A stretch of 64,000 nucleotides of DNA, from the NCBI GenBank assembly GCA_964187785.1, contig OZ076414.1, positions 38,936,001 through 39,000,000 of the forward strand, in the 5' to 3' direction. Both the position numbers and the translations under genes were made by a program. Source of the DNA: Amphiscolops sp. MND2022 (Eukaryota). The notes beneath the pieces were generated by a model, which saw only the letters and a program-made list of their open reading frames with translations, had not been told where the DNA came from and did no database searches. Positions within the stretch are counted from its first letter, which is position 1. Every line of letters begins with the position of its first letter. Below, one piece after another: positions 12,594 to 23,787 of the stretch.

Positions 12594-13628
12594 GTCTTTA
12601 ACAAGCTCGCCGCATTTTCAACGGGTGACATCAAATACAAAAGGATGTTGTTATCGTTGCTGAAATGTTCAACCAAAACTAGTTTAAATTCAATATACCG
12701 GTTCAACATATCTGCCATGCTAGACCATTGGGTAACTCAGTAATTAACAGGCTTCCCGCCTGCTTCCGGCATTTTCTGGAAAAATTTGAGGCAAACTTCC
12801 TCAGTTATTCGTTTTGACATGACGACTTGAAAAATTGGCAATAATTGGTAACATGCCAATGATTATTGCTGAAAATAATTTTTACCAATCAGTCATTGTC
12901 ACCTTATTATTGCAATCATTGCAATTTCAATTATTGATTGAACATCCCTGTAGTGAATTCAATTCGATTTGAAATTTCAGCGAATCAGATTGCAGCATAA
13001 AGAAATATTCTGCTGAATGAAACTGAATTTTCATTTTCTGCTGTTTGAGACTTCTGCTGTGTGGGAATTCTCCGTGCATACACTGGATATGCCCCACATT
13101 TCAGGTTTTAGATTCCTTCAGATCCTAGGCGGTGGAGCTCTCAGGATCTTGTGTGAAAGATGTCCAGTTTACACCGGATATGCGCGATATGAAATTTTGA
13201 ACTTGGTGTCTAGAAACTATTCCTTTCGAACTTAGTAGAACGAACTTATTGCCCGAAGCCATATATATATTGATTGGTTTCTTTCGATTGGAGACCAATT
13301 TCCTTCCGGCCTCGAGCACACACCCCAGCCCAGTAATACTCAGTACGCTCCCTCCACGAATATTGCTGGGGCCCTCGGTTGAAGCAATAGACAATTAATT
13401 TTGAGGAGCGGACTTTTGGTTTCAGAGGCGGACTTGATGGAAAGTCAAAAAGTGCAATTCAAAATGGCTCAGAAGACCCATAAAGTGCATATGTCACACC
13501 AGCGGTATATCTCCAAAACTCTTGAAGCTGGGTGAAGAACTCAAACGTGCTAATTCATTCCTGTTTGTTTCTTACTTAATAATTTTGTTCAGCAGATTTA
13601 CGATGACAGTATATATACAGTATATATG

Positions 13629-15101
13629 ACACTGAAGATGAAGCAAAAAGGCCAGAGCGACAGATCCTACACCCTAGAGGGGCTAAAGGGACTCCTTTGG
13701 CAAGAGTGGCAAGAACAGGGCCAGCAGTGTCCCTTGCAGTTACAAAGGTTGACAACTATGCAGGTGACATCTTTGACCTTTCGGTATTCAGTTCTTTGTC
13801 GAAGCTTCTCGGTAGTGGTGTCGGTAGTGGTGTATGTCAAACGATTTATACAACGCATTTGTAATCAAGGCACCAAGGGATCATTAGGCACCATCTCACC
13901 TGAAGAAATGACTGAGGCGGTGATGATTCTTCTGCGACAAGAACTTCAGCAGTGCGTGAAATGCAGCAGGTTCACAGCCAAGTTGAGTGCGCCGCTTATG
14001 GGAGACCTTCTTAAGGAACGCATCGACGTCCCAACCATAGCCTTTAAAAACGTGGGGCTAGACTTTGCAGGACCTTTTTTGCAAACCAAGCAGCAAGGCT
14101 AGAAGTCAGGACAAAGCCTACATGGCTTTGTTTGTTTGTTTTGCCAGTAAAGCTGTCCACATTGAAAGTGTATCCGATATGACCACTTTGGGGTGTATGG
14201 CAGCAATACGACGTTTTTTATCTCGAAGAGGTTGTCCCAGTCAAGTATTCTCTGACAACGGGACCAACTTTGTTGGCGCAGCCAACAAGATCCAGCAATG
14301 GCAAGAGGTTCTATCCAACAAGCATGACAACTCGCTGCAATCCCAATCTAGTGCTCTTGGCATTCGATGGAACTTCATATCCCCAAGGGCTCCTCATTTC
14401 GGAGGTTTATGGGAAGCGGCAGTAAAAAGTGCGAAGAAACACTTATGCAGAACGATGGGCAACAGTGTCCTGACATTTGAGGAGTTAACAACTCTTTTTT
14501 GTCAGATCGAGGCAGTGCTAAACTCGCGCCCAATCAGTGTAATGTCCGATGATCCCAATGAAGTTGAACCACTTACACCAGCACATCTTTCAATTGGACA
14601 CAGACTAGACGTGTTACTTTCTTTTTTATTGGACCAAACCCATGACGTGGACAACTGCAGTCCCTTAAAATGATGGTATCGCATTCAGAACATTATGTTG
14701 CATTTCTGGAACAGATGGACCAAAGAATACGTAACCACATTACAGGAAAGAAGCGAATGGAGACGAGAAACAAGCAATTTGAAAGTGGGCGACTTAGTTT
14801 TTATCTGCGATGACAATTCAGCACCTCTACAATGGCCAATTGGTTGCGTCCATAACGTCTACAATGGACCCGATAGTGCCGTCAGAGTAGTCAAGGTGAA
14901 AACTCCAACTGGAAAATACAATCGCTCTGTTCACAAGTTGAAAAAACTACCTATTGATACATAACCTCCTCAATCTTTAATGAAACACCCTGTAATCAGC
15001 TGTTTGTTAATGTTCGCTCATTGCCAACTCTTTTGATGCTGTATTTGTACGTCGTGTAACTTTTTAATGATTTGCGCCACGCAAAATCCAGGCGGGCCGT
15101 A
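13629..15101 (+). mobile_element. 5'-truncated BEL-A pol plus PPT (duplicate of 2689-4161)
   Basis: Integrase ORF 14065-14673 and C-terminal ORF 14695-14964. Confidence 0.9.
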
Positions 15102-16713
15102 TGTCGCATATATTAATCTGAATAAAATTCAAAATGATTCCCCAAAAAAGTGAAAAGATTTATCGAATTCGTTCGCAGACCATGAGTAGTACAGTTTGAA
15201 ACAACATCAAATGAAATACTTTTGAACAAACGTGTTTTTTTATTTTGTATATTTATAAAGCTTGAAAGCGCTCCTCAACTTATGAAAACCTGGACTGTCT
15301 TCTCCCCCTACTTCTTCCCCGCAAACCCGGCTGCCTTATCGCACGCCTCACTCCTTGAGGCTGATATTGCGCACCCAGGCGCTGAACGCGCTCTTCCTCA
15401 GCCTCCTCGACCTTCAGCGTGGTGGTCATCAAAGACGCTGGCCCTGGTCCCGTCAATACACAGTGTGCGGTCAATGGGGAAAACAGGACCACATCACCGG
15501 GCTCCTGGATGCAGTACACTGTATGTTCCCGGAACTGCAGGAAATCATCCCGGAGCGTACTAGGCAGGGAACGATGCCTTTCCAACGGAAGCACGATGCG
15601 TTTTCTGCGGAGGGTCTTCAACTCGCGTGTTCGAGTGGTGAAGAACCACAACTTCCTCCCCCTTTCCAGCTGGCTGACAACGCTTCCTCCCGGGTTGGAG
15701 TCTATGTGCCAACCACTCCATGCCCAACCACCACTTGCAAGGAGTGAGACGTGCAAGATGGAGTGCCCGCCAATACCTTGGACAACCTCCACATACTGCT
15801 CTCCTAGCGGGCCTGGGTATAGGGCCTCATATCGCCAGGGAGCTTCTGGAAGACCATCGAAAGAAGCGTTCTTCATCCGTGTGCCCTTGAAGGTTGCCAG
15901 AAGTTGCTTCTCACTGCGGAAACAAACAGCAACCCTCCTCGCTGCTTCGTTGGTGTAACGCAGCACAGGATTGCCACGTATAATAATGGGGATGTTCTGT
16001 TTCCTCAAGAAATCCGTTATGCCCCCCTCTCTCACCCGAGCCAAAGGAAGCCTCCCCGACTCTAACTCCATTATCATGCTTAATGCAGCCTCAAGCTCAT
16101 TCATCTCTAGAATAGCAAACTTTACTCTTTCTTCATCTATATTTGTGTTTGAAATTGTAATTTATAACTTTTAGTTGAAAACGAATTTTTGAGTTCATAC
16201 AAGCTCACTGTGACAACGCGCTGAATGTTATCTTTGTTTGATTGACCTTTCCCAACCCCATTCATTCTCATTGCTTTTGCTGAATACATGTTTTACGTTG
16301 CCTATTTGTTGTATAGACCGAATTGAACAAGGTGTTTTGCCAATGCATACAACATATTTGTTAGCCAATAGGCGTGCAGTTACAAAACTCCAATTGCATC
16401 ATACTGTGTCATTTGTATCCATTGACTGGTACATGAATTCTAAACATTGTGCTTCATTGTCAAAACCTCACCCACCAAGATGAGAGCAGTGAACTGTCTT
16501 GAACTGCAAAAACATGCAAAACGCAATAATCGTTTAGTTTAATAAAGCTTTAAAGCTTTAACTCAGTTTTGTTCGAGTCTCTTCAGCAGAAATCATAGTC
16601 TTACTTCCTGATAGTGGTCAGATGGTCCGCTATTCAAGAACCAAGGGCAAGATTACTTCGCAAGCTACAAGTAAAACCTTCTCGCAAACAACAGAGGGAC
16701 ATCGGCGCGAACA
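15102..16713 (+). repeat. BEL-A LTR (1612 bp), shared between the upstream truncated element and the downstream full-length element
   Basis: Preceded by a PPT-like tract, starts TGTCGC, ends GCGAACA (imperfect inverted termini), and is followed directly by a PBS and the gag ATG. Repeated at 21389-29273. Confidence 0.8.
15280..16104 (-). CDS. JmjC-domain (Fe(II)/2OG dioxygenase) protein encoded inside the BEL-A LTR, antisense to gag-pol
   Basis: 274 aa open ORF with H133-x-D135...H214 metal triad, K151 in GRKLWFF, 'QEPGDVVLFSP..AHCVLT' strand, and an Arg/Gly-rich tail. Confidence 0.85.
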   Translation of the reverse strand: MNELEAALSMIMELESGRLPLARVREGGITDFLRKQNIPIIIRGNPVLRYTNEAARRVAVCFRSEKQLLATFKGTRMKNASFDGLPEAPWRYEALYPGPLGEQYVEVVQGIGGHSILHVSLLASGGWAWSGWHIDSNPGGSVVSQLERGRKLWFFTTRTRELKTLRRKRIVLPLERHRSLPSTLRDDFLQFREHTVYCIQEPGDVVLFSPLTAHCVLTGPGPASLMTTTLKVEEAEEERVQRLGAQYQPQGVRRAIRQPGLRGRSRGRRQSRFS

Positions 16714-16715
16714 TT

Positions 16716-16733
16716 TGGTCCGCCGACCCGGAT
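16716..16733 (+). promoter_or_regulatory. Primer binding site of BEL-A
   Basis: TGGTCCGCCGACCCGGAT, 2 nt after the LTR end. Resembles the TGGTCCTTCGA(G/A)CCGGAT PBS common in BEL/Pao elements. Confidence 0.7.
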
Positions 16734-19700
16734 ATGGCTGAAGCAGAAACAAACAACTGGGAGGAAGCTGTTCGCAAACTAGTGCGTGTGAGGGGAGGAC
16801 ACAATGCAGCATTCACAAAGTACGAGACCAGAGTTGATGACCTCGTAGCAGATCACGCAGTTACCAGTGAGAAGCTCTGTGAAGCAGAGGCGCTGTTTTC
16901 TACGTTGCAGAACAAGTACAAAACAATCCTCAGATGGAACGCAGAGATCGAGCTCAAAATTGAAGACGATGCCAAGCTGGCACAAGAACAATGCACTAAT
17001 TGACAATATCAAGACCCAGTTGAAAGCGGGACTTACAGCAACCGCATAAACCTCTTCAGGTCTACCGACTACAGGACGCATGCGTCTACCAAAACTCCAA
17101 ATGCCAACTTTCACTGGTGCCTATACCAATTGGGTATCTTTCAGCGATCTCTTCCAAGCAGCAGTGGGCTCAAGCAGTCTTTTATCCGACTCCAAGAGAC
17201 TAAATTACCTGAAAGCCTGCATAAAGGGTGATGCTGCGAAAATAATCTGCTCACTTAGAATCACAGATGCCAATTACCCCATTGCGTGGCAGCTACTAAA
17301 GGACAGATACGACAACACACGAAGTATAGTGCATGCTCATTTGCAAGCTATTTCGTCTCAGTCGTCAATGAAGGTAGAATCTGGGTCTGGCCTCAGGAAA
17401 CTACACGAAACCACCAATGAGCATCTGAGGGCATTAGAAGCTTTGGGTCAACCAGTGAATCAATGGAGTGCTGTATTATCTTTTTGCATCGCCGACAAGC
17501 TCGATGCAGAATCACGGAAGCAATGGCAGCTCAAACATCCTGGCAAAAATGTCCTTCGCTGGGATGATTTATCCAAGTTCCTTGATGAAAGAAGAGCAGG
17601 GCATTAGACAGTGGTGCAATCAAAGTGATTCCCCAAGCCAGCAAGATGAACGATCAACGTGAGCCTCGGCATCAGTCTTACGCGGCTTCAATGGCGTGTA
17701 GTGAAATATGTGACGTTGAACATAAACTCCATGCGTGTCCAGAATTCAAGAAGATGTCAACGTCCCAGAAGTGCTTGTTTCAATTGTTTGCAGATTGGAC
17801 ACAGTGTCAGCGAATGTGGTTCTAAATTCAGCTGCAGGGAGTGCAAGGCTAAACACCACACTCTATTTCACCGACCAAAGACTGTGAGAACCTCGCATGA
17901 CGGGTCAAACAAGACAATAGCGAGGGTGTCGACTTCTGCCAACACAACAATCCAGTCTGCCGGTTCAGCAGGTCAGCAAGCCGACACTTCCGTCTTGACT
18001 GGGCATTGCGGGTCTGGATCTCCAAACGCCGGTGCTCTACTTCCAACGGCAATGGTACCCATCCACAATAAATCAGGTGGAAGGGTACATCTACGAGCCT
18101 TGTTAGATTCCGGATCACAGGTTAGCTTCATTACAGAGGCAACAGCGAAGGCACTAATGTTGAAAGTGCAAAAAACACCGTCAGCCATCATAACTCTGGG
18201 TGCTTCTAGCTCACAAAAGACATGCGGCGTGTTACCAGCTACGATTGCATGTTTGATAGACGTTAACTTTCACGTGATCCCGAAGATAACTGGTTCACTG
18301 CCTAATGCAATTGTGGATATCTCCCAGATGCGTCATCTGAAGCTGGCTTATCCCAAGTTCAGTGTACCTGGCAAAATCGACATGCTTCTGGGAGCCGACA
18401 TCATTGAAGATCTAATGCTGGACAATCGAATCGGGGACAATGGTCTCATCATTCGGGAGTCACTCCTGGGCTGGATTGTTTCGGGTCCAATATTGGAAAC
18501 GAATGGTGCAATCTCGACTCATCATGTGACAGTGGCAAGCGATGGGGAGTCAAACAAGTTACTAGCGAGATTTTGGAAACTAGAGAGTGTACCAGAAAAG
18601 AAGCACCGCACGATGGAAGAGGCTCAATGCGAAGAACATTTTGATGCAACAACCACAAGAGACTCAGCCGGAAGGTTCTATGTGAGGTTACCTTTCAAGG
18701 CAGAAGGTCACGTGCTGGGCCAGAGTTGAGCTTCTGCAATGAGACGATTCATCAATCTGGAAAACTAACTGAATTGTGAAAACTTGCTGAAAGTCAGGTA
18801 TTATGATTTTGTTAATGAATGTTTGAAATTGGGTCATCTAGAGAAGGTACCTGATGGAGAGTTGGAAAATGTCAACTACTACTACATGCCCCATCAATGT
18901 GTATTAAACGATGCTAGTACAACGACGAAGCTGCGGGTGGTCTTTGATGCTAGTGCTAAGACAACAGATCTTTCGCTAAATGGCTGCTTGATGGTGGGCC
19001 CGAAACTGCAAGACGACCTATTTAGCATTTTGATACGATTCCGATTCTTCAAGGTTGCGTTGTCGGCAGACGTTGCCAAGATGTACCGGCAGGTCGGTCT
19101 AGACCCCAGAGACAGGGACTTCATGCGACTCCTCTGGTGCTTCAGTGAAGACGAGCCTGTACAGACTTTTCGCTTGACGCGAGTGATTTACGGGGTAGCA
19201 AGTTCCGCTTATCACTCAATCAGATGCTGGAGGGAAACAGCCCAAATTGATCGTGTACCAAAGGCGGCCAAAGAAGCAATTCTACGTGATTTCCATGTGG
19301 ACGACATTTTGACATGAGCTAGTAGCATTGAGGAAGCTGAGCAGCTTCTCAATGATTTGATACAAACTCTTGAACGAGTTCAATTCGATCTGAAAAAATG
19401 GGCCAGCAATGTTCCTTCTCTTGTCTTAGCACTTCCCGCAGAGTATAGGGAAGCAAATGAAAACCTGAAGTTTTTTGACCCAACTCATACCATAAAAACA
19501 TTGGGTGTCACTTGGAACTATTTTGATGATTTGTTCTCGTTTGAGGTAGCTCACATCTCTGATGATATCAATGACGATGGAATTACAAAAAGACAAATGT
19601 TTAGTGACATCGCCAAAACTTTTGATCCTCTGGGCTGGTTGTCTCCGGTGACAATGCTACTAAAGAGCATGATGCAATGGGCCTGGCAAACAAATGTCGA

Positions 19701-21251
19701 CTGGGATCAGAAACCGCCAACCGAGATTGATGTGAGCTAGCGGACCTGGCGAAAGAATCTACACAGTTTAAAAGAGATCAAGTTGCAACGCTTTGTTCTG
19801 AGCGAAGAACAGCAAGAGCCTTTCGAGTTACATGTCTTCTGTGATGCCTCAGAGAAGGCATATGCAGCCTGTGTATACGTGATCTGAATCAATAATCGAG
19901 GTGAGAGGAGTTCCAATCTACTTGTGGCAAAATGCAAGGTCGCTCCACTGAAAACACAATCTATTCCTCGCTTGGAATTGTGCACTGTGCTTCTCGGATC
20001 CCGTCTGGTGTCGTTAGTCACTTGAGCGAATTTCTGTCAATATACGTGCAACAACGGGCTGGAGTGGTTCCACATCTGATCTCTGTTGGCTCTCTCGAGA
20101 ACCAAGTAACTGGACAACGTTTGTCGCGAACAGAGTTGACGAAATACAGCGCAATGACCGTGTTCATTGGCTACACATACCCACAGAGGACAATCCAGCT
20201 GATGCAGAGTCTCCTGGTGTTGAGCCAAGTGCACTCAAGAGCCTGGAAATTTGGTGGAAGGGACCAATTTGGTTACGTAGTGGAGTCCTACCGTCACAAC
20301 CGAAACTAAACTTCACTGAAGATGAAGCAAAAAGGCCAGAGCGACAGATCCTGCACCCTCGAGCGGCTAAAGGGACTCCTTTGGCAAGAGTGGCAAGAAC
20401 AGGGCCAGCAGTGTCCCTTGCAGTTACAAAGGTTGACAACTATGCAGGGGACATCTTTGACTTTTCGCTATTCAGTTCTCTGTCGAAGCTTCTCGGTAGT
20501 GGTGTCAGTAGTGGTGTATGTCAAACAATTTATACAACGCATTTGTAATCGAGGCACCAAGGGATCATTAGGCACCATCTCACCTGAAGAAATGACTGAG
20601 GCGGTGATGATTCTTCTGCGACAAGAACTTCAGCAGTGCGTGAACTGCAGCAGGTTCACAGCCAAGTTGAGTGCACCGCTTATGGGAGACCTTCTTAAGG
20701 AACGCATCGACGTCCCAACCAGAGCCTTTGAAAACGTAAGGCTAGACTTTGCAGGACCTTTTCTATGCAAACCAAGCAGCAAGGCCAGAAGTCAGGACAA
20801 AGCCTACATGGCTTTGTTTATTTGTTTTGCCAGTAAAGCTGTCCACATTGAGTGTGTATCCGATATGACCACTTTGGGGTGTATAGCAGCAATACGACGT
20901 TTTAAATCTCGAAGAGATTGTCCCAGTCAAGACGTGGACAACTGCAGTCCCTTAAAATGATGGTATGGCAATCAGAACATTATGTTGCATTTCTGGAACA
21001 GATGGACCAAAGAATACGTAACCACATTACAGGAAAGAAGCAAATGGAGACGAGAAACAAGCAATTTGAAAGTGGGCGACTTAGTTTTTATCTGCGAAGA
21101 CAATTCAGCACCTCTACAATGGCCAATTGGTTGCGTCCATAACGTCTACAGTGGACCCGATAGTGCCATCAGAGTAGTCAAGGTGAAAATTCCAACTGGA
21201 ATATACAATCGCTCTGTTCACAAGTTGAAAAAACTACCTATTGACACATAA
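16734..21251 (+). pseudogene. BEL/Pao family A gag-pol (disrupted): gag/DUF1759, zinc knuckles, protease, RT, RNase H, partly deleted integrase
   Basis: LPKLQMPTFTG..TNW..F, CFNCLQIGH..SEC, ALLDSGSQVSFIT, YYMPHQCV..TTKLRVVFDASAK, FHVDDILT, HVFCDASEKAY, PRLELC, RLDFAGP. Multiple stops and frameshifts. Confidence 0.92.
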
Positions 21252-21591
21252 CCTCCTCAATCTTTAATGAAACACCGTGTAATCAGCTGTTTGTTAATGT
21301 TCGCTCATTGTCATTTCTTTTGATGCTGTATTTGTACGTCGTGTAACTTTTTTTTGATTTGCGCCACGCAAAATCAAGTCGGGTGGTATGTCGCATTTAT
21401 TAATCTGAATAAAATTCAAAATAATTCCCCAAACAAGTGAAAAGATTTATCGAATTCGTTCGCAGACCATGAGTTGTGCAGTTTGAAACAAAATCAATCA
21501 AATGAAATACTTTTGAACAAACGTGTTTTTTTATTGTGTATATTTATAAAGCTTGAAAGCGCTCCTCACCTTATGAAAACCTGGACTGTCT

Positions 21592-22392
21592 TCACCCCCT
21601 ACTTCTTCCCCGCGAACCCGGCTGCCTTATCGCACGCCTCACTCCTTGAGGCTGATATTGCGCACCCAGGCGCTGAACGCGCTCTTCCTCGGCCTCCTCG
21701 AACTTCAGCGTGGTGGTCATCAAAGCCGCTGGCCCTGAACCCGTCAATACACAGTGTGCGGTCAATGGGGAAAACAGGACCACATCATCGGGCTCCTGGA
21801 TGCAGTACACTGTTTGTTCCTGGAATTGCAGCAAATCATCCCGGAGCGTACTAGGCAGGGAACGATGCCTTTCCAACGGAAGCACGATGCGTTTTCTGCA
21901 GAGGGTCTTCACCTCGCGTGTTCGAGTGGTGAAGAACCACAACTTCCTCCCCCTTTTCAGCTGGCTGACAACGCTTCCTCCCGGGTTGGAGTCGATGTGC
22001 CAACCACTCCATGCCCAACCACTTGCAAGGAGTGAGACGTGCAAGAAGGAGTGCCCGCCAATACCTTGGACAACCTCCACATACTGCTCTCCTAGCGGGT
22101 CTGGGTATAGGGCCTCATATCGCCAGGGAGCCTCTGGAAGACCATCGAAAGCAGCGTCCTTCATCCGTGTGCCCTTGAAGGTTGCCAGAAAGTGCTTCTC
22201 ACTACGGAAACAAACAGCAACCCTCCTCGCTGCTTCGTTGGTGTAACGCACCACAGGTTTGCCACGTATAAAAATGGGGATGTTCTGTTTCCTCAAGCAA
22301 TCCGTTACGCCCCCCTCTCTCACCCGAGTCAAAGGAAGCCTCCCCGACTCTAACTCCATTATCAGGCTTAATGCAGCCTCAAGCTCATTCAT
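21592..22392 (-). CDS. JmjC-domain protein, third copy (BEL-A 3' LTR)
   Basis: 266 aa open ORF with the HxD...H triad intact. About two dozen amino-acid differences and one codon deletion relative to 15280-16104. Confidence 0.85.
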   Translation of the reverse strand: MNELEAALSLIMELESGRLPLTRVREGGVTDCLRKQNIPIFIRGKPVVRYTNEAARRVAVCFRSEKHFLATFKGTRMKDAAFDGLPEAPWRYEALYPDPLGEQYVEVVQGIGGHSFLHVSLLASGWAWSGWHIDSNPGGSVVSQLKRGRKLWFFTTRTREVKTLCRKRIVLPLERHRSLPSTLRDDLLQFQEQTVYCIQEPDDVVLFSPLTAHCVLTGSGPAALMTTTLKFEEAEEERVQRLGAQYQPQGVRRAIRQPGSRGRSRG

Positions 22393-22777
22393 CTCTAGAA
22401 TAGCAAACTTTACTCTTTCTTCATCTATACTTGTGTTTGTCTTTATTGTGATTTATACCTTTTAGTTGAAAACAAATTTTTGAGTTCATGCAAGCTCACT
22501 GTGACAACGCGCTGAATGTTATCTTTGTTTGATTGACTTTTCCCAACCCCATTCATTCTCATTGCTTTTGCTGAATACATGTTTTACGTTGCCTATTTGT
22601 TGTATAGACCGAATTGAACAAGGTGTTTTGCCAATGCATACAACATATTTGTTAGCCAATAAGCGTGCAGTTACATAACTCCAATTGCATCATACTGTGT
22701 CATTTGTGTCCATTGACTGTTACATGAATTCTAAACATTGTGCTTCACTGTCAAAACCTCACCCACCATGATGAGAG

Positions 22778-23126
22778 GGGTGGCTGTAAATTGGTTGAAT
22801 TTTTCTGGTCGAAAGGACAGAGGTTGAACCTTTTGATCGAATTGTAGGGATCGAATGGAATGCGGTCGAATTTTATCGTATTTGTTGTATGGCTCGGTCG
22901 CTTCGCTCCCTTCGCCAAGTAGCAACATTGAGACATGGCCATATGGCACGTCGCTCCGCTACGCTTCGCTCCTGCATTCAGGGCACTAGGGGTATGTGAA
23001 CATATCTGACTACGTTATAAAAATTTCGATCCCAGTTGTTTCGATCCCATTCAAAAATTTGGTATGTCAAACTGAGGACTAACTCTGATTTTCGATCCCG
23101 TTCGTTCAACCTATTTCCGCCCACCC
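22778..23126. mobile_element. MITE family X with 8-bp TSD GATGAGAG
   Basis: TSD at 22770-22777 and 23127-23134. The empty site is visible in the paralogous LTR (16479-16486). TIRs GGGTGG.../...CCACCC. Confidence 0.9.
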
Positions 23127-23588
23127 GATGAGAGCAGTGAACTGTCTTGAACTGCAAAAACATGCAAAACGCATAAATCTTTCAGTTAATTAAAGCTTTA
23201 AAGCTTAAACTCAGTTTTGTTCGAGTCTCTTCAGCAGAAATTATAGTCTTACTTCCTGATAGTGGTCAGGTGGTCCGCCATTCAAGAACCAAGGGCGAGA
23301 TTACTTCGCAAGCTACAAGTAAAGCATTCTCGCAAACAACAGAGGTGTCAGGTTCAGATGGCTGGAAGCCGACCAGCTGACCAGCTGACCAGCTGACCGA
23401 CAGCCGATGAAACTATTGAGGTCAAAATAGATAGCAGACTTGACAGGTACCTGCCAGACAGTGAACTGAATTGTACTTTTTCTGGCACCTGCTGTGACCT
23501 GTAAACATTAGTGTATATATCGCTTCCAATTTCATTTGTGTCATTCCAATAATCAATTCAAATATTAATCACTGCATCATTTTTGAGA

Positions 23589-23602
23589 GGTTATGGGCCC
23601 AG
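23589..23602 (+). promoter_or_regulatory. Copia-type PBS (half-tRNA-iMet type)
   Basis: GGTTATGGGCCCAG directly after the 5' LTR, the same motif as the Drosophila copia PBS. Confidence 0.8.
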
Positions 23603-23787
23603 ATCATAACTATCGACGACCAACTCCACCTCAACGATCACAGCCTAACCAGCCCAGATCAACCAATTGACGTGGAGTCAAGCAGTCAGCAGACGAGATG
23701 ACAGCCACCCATTCGAAGTTGGAGAAACTCTCCTTCTCTGGCTAAGACGAGGACTTTGCGGCGTTCAGCGAGCAGTTCGAGGCGAGG

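Larger units (their letters stand above)
10934..16086. repeat. Segmental direct duplication, copy 2
   Basis: Near-identical to 1-5146. Confidence 0.95.
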
